A stretch of DNA of 64,000 bases from Saprolegnia diclina VS20 (GCF_000281045.1 NW_008246078.1:780351-844350); one strand, 5' to 3'. Shown: positions 35,886-48,602, numbered from the stretch's first letter. Numbers and translations: made by a program. Notes: generated from the sequence alone by a model not told the origin.

Positions 35886-38688
35886 CTACGCTGTCTCGGT
35901 GCACTTGGTGCTAGCTGTCAACAGCGCCGCAGCACGCTTGATGGTCGGTGGCGTTGCATGGAGGTACGCGAGGCGCGCCGCATCGCGCTCTTGCTCATCG
36001 CATGAAGTCAGCCACGCGCGGTTCTCTTCCGTGGTCGTACAGTAGTCACAGCCGCACGCGATCGCCGCCGCCGCCGTGAGCATCGGAAGGACCACCGCGC
36101 ACAGCGCGTCGCGACTGGAGGCGTACTTCATCGGGAGCTTGGCGTCCAAGAAGCGAATCGTCGGGTAGAGCACGCGTCGGGCGTGGTACAGTCGCGTGTC
36201 GTCGTGCTCGTCACTGACAACCTTGTCCACAAGATCGTCGACAAAGCGCGGTACGTGCAATGGCGAGAGGCGGTCCAGAATGAGCAGCACCGCGTGCATG
36301 GCCTTTGTCGGGGGCGTACCGTAGTCGCCCTTGCGCCCGTCGTAGTTGGCATCGCCGCCGCACGGCGAGCCCTGCTGCTTGTAGCTCTTGTCGACGAGGC
36401 ACGTGGTGTAGCCCAAAAGGAGATCCGCAATCGCGCAAGCTTCGCAAGCCGTGACGACCAGTCCTTTGTGCACGGCGCGTACGAGTGCATAGACGATGCG
36501 TCGGCTGCAGCGGGCAAACGACGGCGAGACCGCACGTAGAAGACCACCATGGACGCCCCGCCAGCGAAGCACGTTCCTGTAAAACTCGGGCAGCATGTAC
36601 ATGACAGACCCGGCATCACAGACAACGTCAAAGACGAGGTCGCACGACGCCATGGACGCGCGCACGTCTGGCAACAACGGCGCAATTTGCGCTACGCTGC
36701 CGACGTCGAGGACAAATGGGAGCAGCACCAGCGCCGGGTCCATGGCGGCGCGGAAACGCTGCACGATCGAGACCACTGTGGTGGGCGCGGTGACGAAGCT
36801 ACGGACGACCCAGAAAAGTGACGAGGGCAGCCGACCGCCGAGCCACATTGTCGTCGGCGACGCCGCCTCGACGTCGGCGAGGATGCGTGCTTCGAGCTGC
36901 AAGAGGCAGCGCAGCACCAGTACACGATCGTGCGTCGCTTCGTCATATCGCTCGTCCCGGAAGTGCGCCAAATTGGCGACCACCGTGTCCCACAGCAAGA
37001 ACACGAGTTCGGCGCAGTAGGGCGGCTGCCCCAACGCGTCGAGGAGCGCCGTGACGAACTGAAGCGTCGTAGCCAGATTGGACCAGTTGAGGGGGAGATG
37101 TGTGAACGTTTTGTGCCAGTCCCCAATGCCTTGGTCCACCAGCGTGACGATCGCGGCCCCGACGTCCAGCCAGCCGACCGTTGCGCACGTTGTCGCAAGC
37201 CATTGGATGCCGGACCGGGAAATAGCGTCGTCAAAGAGGTCGATGCCGTGCGCAATGTAGAGCGATCGAAGCGGCGCATACCGTGTTGCGAGCTGTTGCA
37301 TCGTCATGACATCGTCATATGACGTCATGACGTCATTGTCACACAGCATCTCCATGACGGCCGCCGCGAGCGCCGACAAGCTGTCGTACCCGAGCGGCAC
37401 ATCGTCGGTCGGCGGTGCGGTCAGCGCGTCTTGCAGCAGCCGACACGCGGCGGCGAAGCCAAGAAGACGGACACGATGCTTCTTTGGCCAAAAGAGGACG
37501 ACCGAGGCCTCTCCAAGGTCGTCCAAAGTCGTCGTGGCGACCCACTTGTTGATACGGCGCCCAAAGAGCACCGACACGTCCATGTCTGCTGGCATGGGCG
37601 TCATGACAAATGCGTCGGCAATCGTACGGGGCGGTGCTGGCACTGGCTTCCTTGAGGTGCCAACAGCCGCGATGAAGTCGGGCAGCGGGTTTAGGTGAAA
37701 GTCGGCGTAGTCGTTCGCACGCGCGTACGCGCCGTAGGTTTCATACTCGATGCGCTCGGCGTCATCAACGAACTGAGCAAACTCGACGTACGGCGTCGTG
37801 TCGGTCGCCAGTAGCGTGCTGTGGTCGACCGTCGGATCAAAACCGTCCAAGTCGCATGTTGGACGTGGCGCCGTGCGCTCGAGATCTACCGCAACACGAC
37901 CAGCGTACTCGTTGAGCGCGCGCTGTGAGAGCTCGCCGCGCCGCTCGTCGAGGTAGAGACGATGCGCGGCTTCGCGAGCTATGTACGGATGCTGGCGCCT
38001 GATCTCGGCGGACCGTGCGCGCAGCTCATACTGCGCGTACACTTTGGACTGATCATCCGAGAGCGTGACGAGCGCAACGTCGACAGTGCCGGCGGCCACG
38101 AGACTCTGCACGATGTCATTCTTGCTGCGCAGCGACCCGGGGCACGCATACGCATACGTCGTCGCAAACTGCTTGGGCACCGCCGATAACGTGGCGAGCA
38201 TGCACGGAACGTCGGCGGCGCACGGCGGTGACGTTCGCGGCGTCGGTGCGTTGACGTGCTGCACCGAATAGACGAGGTAGGCGCATTGGCCGGCTGCGAC
38301 AGGGGCCAGGCGCACGCTGCAGTCCACGTACCACGCCACGCAACTCGCCTCCGCTACCGCCACAGTGGTCGCGCGTGCGCCAAACGAGACGGCCACGTCG
38401 CGCGGATGAGGCGACCGAAGTGCAACAATGAGCGTCCACGAGGCGTCGCGGGCGTCAAGCGGCGTCAGGTGCGGCGTCGTCATGGCGCTGTCGTACGTTA
38501 AGTGGGAGAGCGTCGCAGTGCACGTCCCAATCGGCGCCGCGAGATGCGTGCTGAGGTTTGAAAACTCATCGCCATTGCAGGCGCCGTGCACGGCAGTCGC
38601 GGGCACGATGTACTTGCCGTCGGCGGTTCGATATGGCGCCAGGTCGGCGTCGCTGACGGCGTCATGACGGACCCAGTGGCCCTGCGCG
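35886..38688 (-). CDS. Large protein with a degenerate 2OG-Fe(II) oxygenase-like N-terminal region; 5' end lost in the gap
   Basis: Frame is open for more than 900 codons up to the gap. WTLIVALRSPH...WYVDCSVRLAPVAAGQCAYLVYSV resembles the recalled 2OG-FeII_Oxy pattern (TLVV.LPS.H...FY.DC.HEV.PV..G.R..LVYNL). Confidence 0.6.
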
Positions 38689-39143
38689 NNNNNNNNNNNN
38701 NNNNNNNNNNNNNNNNNNNNNNNNNNNNNNNNNNNNNNNNNNNNNNNNNNNNNNNNNNNNNNNNNNNNNNNNNNNNNNNNNNNNNNNNNNNNNNNNNNNN
38801 NNNNNNNNNNNNNNNNNNNNNNNNNNNNNNNNNNNNNNNNNNNNNNNNNNNNNNNNNNNNNNNNNNNNNNNNNNNNNNNNNNNNNNNNNNNNNNNNNNNN
38901 NNNNNNNNNNNNNNNNNNNNNNNNNNNNNNNNNNNNNNNNNNNNNNNNNNNNNNNNNNNNNNNNNNNNNNNNNNNNNNNNNNNNNNNNNNNNNNNNNNNN
39001 NNNNNNNNNNNNNNNNNNNNNNNNNNNNNNNNNNNNNNNNNNNNNNNNNNNNNNNNNNNNNNNNNNNNNNNNNNNNNNNNNNNNNNNNNNNNNNNNNNNN
39101 NNNNNNNNNNNNNNNNNNNNNNNNNNNNNNNNNNNNNNNNNNN
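38689..39143. other. Assembly gap (N run)
   Basis: Run of 455 N. Confidence 1.
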
Positions 39144-39342
39144 GCAGCTCCGGTAACGTTGAATATTTAGAGGGCGTCATGAAACCCCAAGGCCGGCATG
39201 GCCCTGCTGGCTCACCCACCTTCCCCTGGGCTCCGGTTCCGTCGGACACTATTTCGTTTATCATATACTATTTCATACAGACCATGAAATAGAATATTGT
39301 CCAATCACAGGCAAGACAAGCACCAATCGTCCAAGTGGCAGG

Positions 39343-41183
39343 ATGAAGCAAGCCAAGAAGGTGCTGGCCGGCGTGCGCGGGACGCGGGACCTCTGGCCGA
39401 CAGAGCTGCAGAAGCAACTGCACGTGACGAGCGCGCTGGCGTCGACGGCTAAGCGCTATGGCTTTGCGCCCGTTCAGACGCCGACGATCGAGCCCACGGA
39501 CCTCTTCCATCGGTCGCTCGGCGACGGCTCGGACATTGTCATGAAGGTGCGCATATCGCCATCTCATCGCAAGCACCGACAGACTGTCTCTAGGAAATGT
39601 ACACGTTTCAGGACAACTCGCAGAACAGCTTGACGCTTCGGCCCGAAGGCACCGCCGGTAGAACGGACGCACTGACACGAGGCTCACGTTGGCGAGCGTA
39701 GGCGTCATTCGCTCGATGATCAGCAGTGGCCTCCAGTACAATGGGCCGCACAAGGTCTACTACCACGGCAGTATGTTTCGGTACGCGCGAACGTCAGGTT
39801 CCTTCTTGACGACGGATGATGGTGCAGGTACGAGCGGCCGCAGCGTGGTCGGTACCGTGAGTTTCACCAGTTTGGCGTCGAGCACATTGGCTCGGCGGGC
39901 CCGACCACCGACGTCGAAGTGATTGCGCTTGCGCGTGACAGCCTCGCGCGCTTAGGCCTCGGCGACCGCGTCTCGCTCGAGATCAACACGCTCGGCTGCC
40001 ACGACAGGTGTGCTCCTCCATCATCGCAACCCAAGCCCTCTGATCTTATTTGCGTAGCCGTCAGCGCTACCGAAAGGTACTAGAGGCCTTCTTGGAGCAG
40101 TACCAGAACGATCTCTCTGTCGAGAGCCAGCAACGGTACCGCCAACGGGCCTCTCCTGCATCGCCAATGCCATCGTGTGTAGCCTCGAGCGCGGAAGCGT
40201 GCTGCGTATTCTCGACTCCAAGTGCGAGAACGACCAGCGCATTCTGGCGTCGGCGCCGCGTCTGCACCAGCACCTCTCGGACGACGCGCGCAAGGTACCG
40301 TTGAGACTCCATTCCTCATGTGCTTGACATGGATCTAGCGTTTCGACGATGTCCAGAGCCACTTGGCTGCCCTCAACATTAGCTCGCACCTCAACGACGG
40401 CCTCGTGCGTGGTCTCGTACGTCGTGGGTTCAATCCCCACTCTGCTGCACCCTTTGTTGCTTTACAAACCGATAGGACTACTATAGCCACACAGTGTTTG
40501 AGTTTGTCGAGCTCAAGCCCGAGACAGGCGCCAAGGGCATCGCGGTGCTGGCCGGTGGCTGCTACGACGACTTGGTCGCTACGCTCGGCGGTCCGCCCAC
40601 GGCTTGTGTCGGTACGTTCCGTCGTCACCGCTCACATACCAGCTCGCACTGATGATATTGGCGACTAGGGTGGGCAGCTGGTGTCGAGCGGCTCTGTCTG
40701 CTGAGCGATGTGACGCCCCCGTCGCCAACCACGATTGCGGTCTCTCGTCTTGTGTCTTCATCGAGCGCGGCGGCTGATATCGCCTAGGTGGTGCCCATCG
40801 CGTCGGGGAATACGTCGGCGATACGGGACCACGCGCTGCGCGTCACCAAGGTACAATATTGTCTTTTGTTTTGTGTACATTTTGTCATGATGCGAATGGA
40901 CAGACGCTGCGCGATGCCGGACACATTGTGCATTTCTGCGACGGCGCGAGCATGAAGAAGCAAATGAAGGTGGCGCTCACCTGTGCCGTGACCGAGCTCA
41001 TGACAAGGTGTCTGCATTTAGATGGCCGACGGGTTCCAGTGCTCGTATGCGATTCTGCTCGGCGAAGACGAGCTGACGCAGGCGCAAGCGACTGTCAAGC
41101 ACCTCCTCGAACGCCAGCAGCAAGTCGTGGCGCTGAGCGACTTGTCGACGTACTTTGCATCGACTGCGACGGTCGTGGCCTAG
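39343..41183 (+). CDS. HARS2: Histidyl-tRNA synthetase (bacterial/organellar type), about 11 short introns
   Basis: [86 protein letters not shown]; read across GT-AG introns. Confidence 0.9.
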
Positions 41184-41472
41184 ACTAGAGACGCCGCCAT
41201 CGACAACGGCAAGCTCCTCGCGTCGAGAAGGACCGTGCAGTTTAAAAATGCAGTCAATATGGCACGTACACCATAGTCACTTTGGATCCCTCTGCCTTGA
41301 CCGACTGCAGCAAATATAAGTCTTCATCTCGGGCATGGAGACGCAAACAGTCGCGTGCACGCGGGTGACGCGCCGTGGGCAGTGTATGCAAGGGCCAATA
41401 AACAGTGTATTGACCCTTACACTGTATGCAAGCTCATCGTCGCCTGTCTGAAGCTGGGATGACAACACTGTG

Positions 41473-42189
41473 CTACAGGCTTGCGTCGAATGGGAGGCGG
41501 CCGACGCAGTTGGCGCTGCCGCAGTGGCACGGCGCGTGGCCCACGCCGCTGGCAACGCCATAGTCGATCGTGATTTCGTCGTCCCTTTCAATAGGTCGCA
41601 GCGCACGAACCTGGAGCCGAGGCAGCACGCAGCGCCGATCGTCTCGGCGATATGTGTCTAGAACTGCATTGGGCGAGCACGCGTGGTTGATGAAGCGCGT
41701 GTAGTTGCCGACGCGGCCGGCGTCAACGTTGGTGCGCAGCACGCAGTCGGTCGCCTCTTCGCGGACGCTCACAATGTACGTCGACGCGCGGTTCATGTCG
41801 CTTGTGCGCACGAAGTCGCCAGCGTACTCGCCGAGGTAAGCGCCGGGCGAAATCGGGGATGCGGCATGGAGCGCCCAGCCTTTCGCTGCGTGCTTGGTCA
41901 CGTAGACGTCGACTGTCCGTGTTGCATCCATCGGCCAGTCGTATGCAGCAGGTAGACGCGTCGAAGCGCGGTACGCAAAGCCGTGTGGGTACCCGGCGGC
42001 GCCACGCACCATCACCGGCCGCGGCTCGCTGCCACTCGAGAGGTCGGCGCGACGCTGCGCATGGAGACAGCGGACGGCGCTCGCCCAGCCTGTAGCCACG
42101 AGCGCCGCACGAGAGAGCGACGAGACGTCGAGGAAGACGAAGATGCAGAGCAATGACGTCTCGGCGTCGGCTGGGCGCTGGCGCTTCAT
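41473..42189 (-). CDS. SET-domain lysine methyltransferase with F-box-like N-terminus and post-SET (SUVR3/SETMAR-like)
   Basis: KGWAL, GEYAG, VDAGRVGNYTRFINHACSPN, EITIDYG, post-SET CHCGSANCVG. Confidence 0.85.
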   Translation of the reverse strand: MKRQRPADAETSLLCIFVFLDVSSLSRAALVATGWASAVRCLHAQRRADLSSGSEPRPVMVRGAAGYPHGFAYRASTRLPAAYDWPMDATRTVDVYVTKHAAKGWALHAASPISPGAYLGEYAGDFVRTSDMNRASTYIVSVREEATDCVLRTNVDAGRVGNYTRFINHACSPNAVLDTYRRDDRRCVLPRLQVRALRPIERDDEITIDYGVASGVGHAPCHCGSANCVGRLPFDASL

Positions 42190-42954
42190 GTCGTGGCCCG
42201 TTTTGTTTTCGGCATGTGCCGAAAGTAGCGTGGCGTAATCAAGTTGCGGTTACGATCGGTGGCAGGTTTCGGACCTGCTTTGGCGAGCGTCTCGCAATCA
42301 CAACACGTTGGGCTTTTGAGGGGTGGTATTCGTATTGTCACCACACGGTATTCGCAGTGGTCTTCATGTGACGTCGAGAGCGTGCTGCCCACGCTACCGT
42401 AGCTCGCTACCAAAACCCTGGTCTTCGTGCGAATGTTTCATAGCTGCAACCAACAGGTGCGAACCGTCGCACACTTGCCAGATCTGATGGCTCTCCATGC
42501 TGCTCTCCATCGTCAAGTAGCCCAACGCAAGAGCTACATCCCCGCAAGCTCTAGTCCGCTTCTACACATATAGCTAGATCTTGATTCCTGGGTTATCATC
42601 CTTTGGCTTCTCAGTGCCATCATCAACTTCAACAACCCGACTTGTGACGAGGTGCACGGTCGACGCATCCGCTTGCATGCTATAGCCATTGCTACCGCAC
42701 ACCGCTGGCCTTGCTAAACGGTACATATTTGTCTGCAGCTCGTTCGACACACGTCGTTGTGCACCCGTCGCGGCCACCGACGACAAGTTGTGCAAGGCTG
42801 TTATTTTCGGCACGTGACCGTCATGCATTGTGATTGGATAATAATCGGCCTGTCGCGGCCATCTTCGGAATTCGCATGAAGGCCAGAAGGAACGAACGAG
42901 CCGGCTGCGACGGCTTGTCGACGACCATTGCTCAACAACTTGGCCCGCGCGCAG

Positions 42955-43611
42955 ATGACGGACGCCGATGGCCTCGTGCTGCGGTACTTTGACATCCCTG
43001 GCCGCGCCGAGATCACGCGGCTCCTCTTCACCATCGGCGACGTGCCTTTTCAAGACAAGCGCATTCCCAAGGCGTTGTACCCGCACCTCAAGCCCAAGCT
43101 GCGCCTGCCGTTTGGCTCGCTCCCGACGCTCGAAGTCCAAGGTGAGACGTATGGCTGCAGCCTCGCGATCGCGCGCTACGCCGCAAAGCGCGTTGGCCTG
43201 TACCCGGACGACCCGCTCGCGGCCTTTCGCATCGACCACTTTGCAGGTCTTGTCCACGATACCATGGTCACGCTGCTCGTGGTGCTGTACATGGACGGCT
43301 GCGCCGTGCTGCGCGCCAAGCGGCTGCGGCGGGCGCGGCGGCGCATTCCGCAGCTGCTCGAGCACTTGGAGGACGAAGCGCTCGGCGCCGGCAGCTTCTT
43401 CGCAAACTTGTCTTGGCTCGATGTCTACCTCTTCGACCTGATCCACAACGTCCTTTTGCGCTTCTGCAACGTCCTGCGCATTCCGTTTGACAAGTACCCA
43501 AAGCTCCACACCATATACAAGACGATCCTCTGTGATCCCAAGATCGCCGCTTATTTAACGCGCACCGAGGGCCCGACCTTTCGCCCTCGCTGCACGACGA
43601 CCCACTCCTAG
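42955..43611 (+). CDS. Glutathione S-transferase (sigma-like)
   Basis: LRYFDIPGRAEITRLLF, LPFGSLPTLEV, SLAIARYAAKRVGLYPDDP, LSWLDVYLF. Confidence 0.9.
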   Translation: MTDADGLVLRYFDIPGRAEITRLLFTIGDVPFQDKRIPKALYPHLKPKLRLPFGSLPTLEVQGETYGCSLAIARYAAKRVGLYPDDPLAAFRIDHFAGLVHDTMVTLLVVLYMDGCAVLRAKRLRRARRRIPQLLEHLEDEALGAGSFFANLSWLDVYLFDLIHNVLLRFCNVLRIPFDKYPKLHTIYKTILCDPKIAAYLTRTEGPTFRPRCTTTHS

Positions 43612-44010
43612 TCCTAATGCCAGCGCTCATTATTCGTTGTCTTCTCGGATGTTGCTGCGGGTATCGAGCGCCATGGCGACGGTCCATGAGAAGCTCCTCA
43701 TTGACCATTATCAAAGTCATGGCTGTCCATCTTGCTGACCGCTCGAGTTGCACAATGGCGCAACCAACTGCGTGATCAGCATCTTGACACCATGCTACCA
43801 GTACACACTTACCCGGCCATCCGCGGACACACACGTGCACTGACGCTTCTATAGTTCGCACTGGCAGCTCGAATATCGTCGAGCTACCCCATCCAAGGGC
43901 AGCTTGTCGAATGGCGCAGCAGTGACGATGTAAGAACTATTTTTTTTGCTCAAGAGCTGTATTGTGTCTTAGCAGGGTGGTGTGATCGCAGGGATGACGC
44001 AGATGGTCGC

Positions 44011-44652
44011 TTACTGCTTGGCGGCGACTTCCTTGCCGGCCTTGCGGTCGCGGGCGTTGCGGGCCTTCTCCTTGCGGGCTTCCGACTGGTCCTTGAGGGC
44101 CTTCTCGCGGATGTGCTCCGACTTGAGCTTGTGGATGACCTCCATCAAGACGCGCTTGTTCTTGAACTGGTTACCCTTGGCGCGCATGTACAGATCGTGG
44201 TACATGTGGCGGTCGATCTTCTTGGCATCACGGTACTTGCGAAGGAGACGGCGGAGCACACGCATGCGGCGCATCCAGATGACCTTGAACGGGAGACGGG
44301 CGTTGGCCGTACCGCGGCGCTTACCGATACCGGTGTGGCGACCCTTGCGCTTGGCCTCGTTGCGCTTGGTGAAGCGAGCGCGCGAGTGGATGACCTGCGG
44401 CTTGCGGATGACAAAGCCATCCTTGACGAGCTTGCGGATGTTCTGGCGCGAGTTGGCGAGAGCGATTTCCGTCGACTCGTTGGGGTCGAGCCAGACCTTG
44501 CGCTTGCCGCACTTGAGGACCGACGCGGCCAAACTACAGAGCACGTCTCATGAGCCTCCAGCCGTATCCACGCAGGCCATGCAGGCCCTCGTCGGCGCCT
44601 GCACGGCCGCGTCGTCATCGTCGTACCGCTTCTGAAGCTTCAGAGACACCAT
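44011..44652 (-). CDS. RPL19: 60S ribosomal protein L19 (eL19), 2 exons (intron 44534-44626)
   Basis: [28 protein letters not shown]...[16 protein letters not shown]...[13 protein letters not shown]. Confidence 0.98.
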
Positions 44653-44968
44653 GTTATTAAACCCTGCAAAAGAAGTAATAATGTGCGAGCTTGGAGCTCC
44701 TGAGCACCTCCTCCACCAACCAAAAGCGGCCGCCATCGCGGGTGCTTTTAATCGCATCTCACGCAAAGCAATACAAATAACAAGTACAACTTTAAATATT
44801 TGCATTGTACAACGAACGGGACTTTACTGAAGGGCAAAGGGCATACTTTAATCAAGTGAGACGCGAAACAGGCTTCAACCAATGGTTTACCTCGGCCAAT
44901 CACAACGTATGGCGCGACCAATACTGTGAAAATGCATCTTTGAAAACCTCTCAGATTACATATTTGCA

Positions 44969-45010
44969 GGCTGGTCACACCACGGCAAGGCTGGTCACAC
45001 CACGGCAAGG
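44969..45010. repeat. 20-bp direct repeat x2
   Basis: (GGCTGGTCACACCACGGCAA) x2. Confidence 0.9.
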
Positions 45011-46079
45011 TGCATGGTGGGCCAGCACGGGCGTGCTGCAGCTAGGTTGCCTCATAGGCGCTAGCATGTCTAGCGTATGGCCGTCCACGCGTGCAAAGTG
45101 GCATCATCGGCGCTAGCACGTAAGCGTGCGGAGAGATTGCATCGATGCCTATGGGCGAAAGCTGTGATCGCGGCGAGCAACAAGGGCCATGCCAAGACAC
45201 CTTGCTCTGTGTGCAGTCTGCTAGGTGGCTGCGGTGCGATGGTCTCCACCTGGTGCTACACTTGCGAAGGCGCGTCGCTGGCTCACAGGGTGAAGCTGTT
45301 CCGAGGGAGGCTTCTTGAAGTTGGGGTCATGAAAAGCAAAGCGCATGGCCAAGTGAGCTCGCAAAGGATGACTGCGCCGCTTAGCTGCGTGACTACGTCA
45401 CACGCCGCAGGTGCGTGGCGAGACGAGAAGACTCCCCTATCAGTAGTATACAGACTGCTAACGGGACCGGTGCATCCCACCCGACGACCAGCTCCGACGA
45501 CCAACCGCCTCATATGTGTAGCAGCGCCTGTGCACTCAACAGCCGAGCAACATGCCGGCGCAAGGGCGCTTCCTTGGACAGGCCTGATATGTTGTAACAG
45601 CGGAATAACCGATCTGCAACGTGGCTCAAGCTGGTGTCCTTGAAAAAGAACGCGGCTTCTGCCGTCCGGTCTATGTGTGTACGTGGGCGTCGCGCCCAGA
45701 GACGTTGTCGACAGTCCACCAAAGAGAGTAGCTACGCTGTGTAATCGGCGCCGTGCTTGGCACAACCACCAGGTCGGGAGCCACCCACCTTTCTTGGGTT
45801 TTCTGCCCCGCCTAGGGCCCCCACACAAGTACGAGTGCACGGACGGAGGCTTACTATGGATACCTTCTCGCGGCTGTACCACCACAGCACTGGAAAGCAA
45901 TCTTTATCGTGGGATAAAAACACCCTATTCCTTGCTCGATGGCCTGTCGGACAAGATGTGCCCACGCGTTCTCGGTCCTTCATCGCTGCCCCAGCGCTCG
46001 GTAGACTAGGTCGTTTGGCAAAGGGCACTGACAAAACACTTTACTTTATGGTACAAATGCTCTTTACAGAACATATACG

Positions 46080-46301
46080 CTATCGACTTGATATCGAGCT
46101 ATTGTGCCGCGGTGTGGGGATGCGGTTGTCGGCAAAGAGGCGGGCAAACTCGTCGCGGGCCTTGGTCGTCGGAGGCTCCACGATGCTTTGGGCGACGCGC
46201 GTTCGGCGTTCGTCCAGATGCATGCGTTGTTGCTTGAGCGTCGCAAGAACGACGCCAAGGTCGTCGATCGAGGTCGGCAGCGCGAGCGACGTGTACGTCA
46301 T
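46080..46301 (-). CDS. Microprotein family member 1 (73 aa)
   Basis: LGVVLATLKQQRMHLDERRTRVAQSI ... DEFARLFADNRIP; TCAGTTTACATTT just upstream of the ATG. Confidence 0.8.
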   Translation of the reverse strand: MTYTSLALPTSIDDLGVVLATLKQQRMHLDERRTRVAQSIVEPPTTKARDEFARLFADNRIPTPRHNSSISSR

Positions 46302-46583
46302 GGCGTCAAATGTAAACTGACGTACTACTCAAATTTGGTCTTTTTGTGTTTCAAAACAAAAGCCCATCCCTTCTCGGTTCAACGACCGACTGCATCAATC
46401 GTGACCATGCGGCTCTAATATCTGGTCCAGGGGTACTTCAAGCCGCGCGGCTGCACACGCTCGAGGCAGGTGAGGTCCCACCCGGTCCTCAGTCTTGGAT
46501 TTGGTCGAGAGGAACGACGACGACGACGACAATAGGTCCGTACGGCGGACAGTATATTAAATAGATGAGCGCACTGCCTCTGT

Positions 46584-46823
46584 CTACGAATTGGAGGCGC
46601 CGCCGCCACTGCCCTCAAAGAGCTCGTTGTATTCGTCGCTGGGCCGCCGGGCGCGGTCGCCGTCGTTGGCGTGGTCGGCCTCGAGGCTTCGCGAGAGCTG
46701 GATGCGCTTGTCGTGGATCGCAGCGTGCTGCCGCTTTAGGTTCTCAAAGGCTTGGCAAATGTCGGACGACGGGACGTCTGCCGTGAGGTCTTTGGGAAGT
46801 GTGAGCACCGGCGCCGACGCCAT
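46584..46823 (-). CDS. Microprotein family member 2 (79 aa)
   Basis: ICQAFENLKRQHAAIHDKRIQLSRSL ... DEYNELF; TCACACTCTTCAATTTTG upstream. Confidence 0.7.
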   Translation of the reverse strand: MASAPVLTLPKDLTADVPSSDICQAFENLKRQHAAIHDKRIQLSRSLEADHANDGDRARRPSDEYNELFEGSGGGASNS

Positions 46824-47136
46824 TTCCGGGCTTTTTTCAGTCTCGGGGCAAAATTGAAGAGTGTGACAAGAAAGGTCAAAGCCAAAATCCCGGGAGAAAC
46901 CCGGAGCGAATCTCCGAGGCGCATTGTGATTGGCCACGGCGACCTTTTTGCTTGGGATCCCAGGCTTTTGGCGACGTTGGATCGGCGTGAATCTCGGGTC
47001 CTGGCGCCACGGGTCGACGACATTGCATCAAGTCAAGAGCGTGGTAGTCAATGTACCCGTAGACAAGGCATTCGATATCCATATTTATATATATATTGGA
47101 CAACATTTTACAGAGACGACGGAAATAGATAAGTGT

Positions 47137-47391
47137 TTAGCATTGCGGCACAATATTGCCGTGAAAGAGACGCGCAAATTCGTACGTCTTGGGGGGCGAG
47201 TTGCTGCTCTCGCTGTGGGGACTCGGGAGGTCGTCGGCGGCAAATGCCGTCGCGATCTGTCCGTGGCGCTCCTGGAGGTACGCGCGCCGGCCCTTGAGGA
47301 GCGAGATGGCGTTTTGAATCTCGCCAAAGCTGAGGTCGATCGGGAGGCGGCACTCGTACGAGGTCACAAACTTGGCTTCGACGCTGGGCAT
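47137..47391 (-). CDS. Microprotein family member 3 (84 aa)
   Basis: IQNAISLLKGRRAYLQERHGQIATAF ... YEFARLFHGNIVP. Confidence 0.8.
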   Translation of the reverse strand: MPSVEAKFVTSYECRLPIDLSFGEIQNAISLLKGRRAYLQERHGQIATAFAADDLPSPHSESSNSPPKTYEFARLFHGNIVPQC

Positions 47392-48602
47392 GCTCTTGAA
47401 ATGGTGAAAATCGCGTTCTGACCGACGTCGACGACCACCAAACATCCCCACTGTGTCGTTTTCGCTTCTCGGGCCAAGGGTGGCATTGTACCAGATTCAA
47501 TTGCTATACAAAACGAATCTGGCACGGCCGCACTGAAACAGGACACCGACGGCCAAGGCAGCCTTTCCCCGCACCAACGCCAAAGCTGATGGGCTCAGCA
47601 AGCACGTTGGACTCGCATGCACTGGCGTGTGATCGACGTTGGACACTGGCGCGAGTGCCCGCGCGACAGGACGCACCGAAACGATGACGGTTTGGCGAGC
47701 AGCCGTAGAGGCGAGAGCAAAGCTACTTCATTTCGAATGGAATCCGACAGTCGACGTGTGTACGAAGCGAGGAATGGTGTCGCGTGCGTCCCTCGCTGCG
47801 TTCGTTTGTTGGTTCGATGCCAACGAGACAGACGCCACTGCCCATCAACCAGCTGCGTTGCGTCAAGATTATTTAAATACAGTTCAAATTTCATGGGCTT
47901 AGCTTGTGATTTGTAAGCCGTGATGGAAATATCATTTAATGACGGCCAAAGCGCCCTCGTTGACGTCGCCGGCCAGTAGCGCTAGATTCGAGACCATTAA
48001 AATAAAGTATACTCGCGAATGTGGTCGCGCCACCACAGCACGTCTCGCGTCAGTGATATTCGCCCCAGCATCATCTGCCAACACTGCCGTCGACCGTGAA
48101 GGGGCTTGGAAACTGAAGGCATCGTTCGATCCGAGATCTTCCCTCGACCATTCGTCGCGACCGAGATTCGAACCGCGTACCAGTCGCTGGTGACATGGAG
48201 GGTGGCGCCAACTGCGTCACACAGTGGAGGTCTGAGATGTGCGCCAACTACCGGCTGCGTGTGGTGTGCCGTGGGTTCGTGGCTACACTACACGGTACTA
48301 ACTGCACTGGCCGTGCTCTGATCATGCAGCGTCAACGCGCCGAGTAGATTCGCTTGGCTTGCGCTCAAAGCGCCGGCGAATGACCGAGTTTGGGACGCGT
48401 TCGAGGGTGGCTCGAAGGTAGGACGATTGCATTCGCAGCAGATTTCAGCACGGTCAAGAGTTCTCTCTTGCTCGGTCGCGACGCGAAGTTGGCAGAAAAC
48501 ACGCAAGCTTGTTAAATTAAGGCCTCATTCGGCCAGTGCAATCTCGTCTTCTCGTAGAATGTTTCGCTCTACACACTTGACAACACACAAAGACACGGCG
48601 CG

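Noticed and set aside
46110..46155. EFARLF as a cyclin-docking RxL motif
   Set aside because: The residue two before Leu is Ala, not Arg or Lys, so it does not fit. Only member 7 (RKLEF) matches RxLxF.
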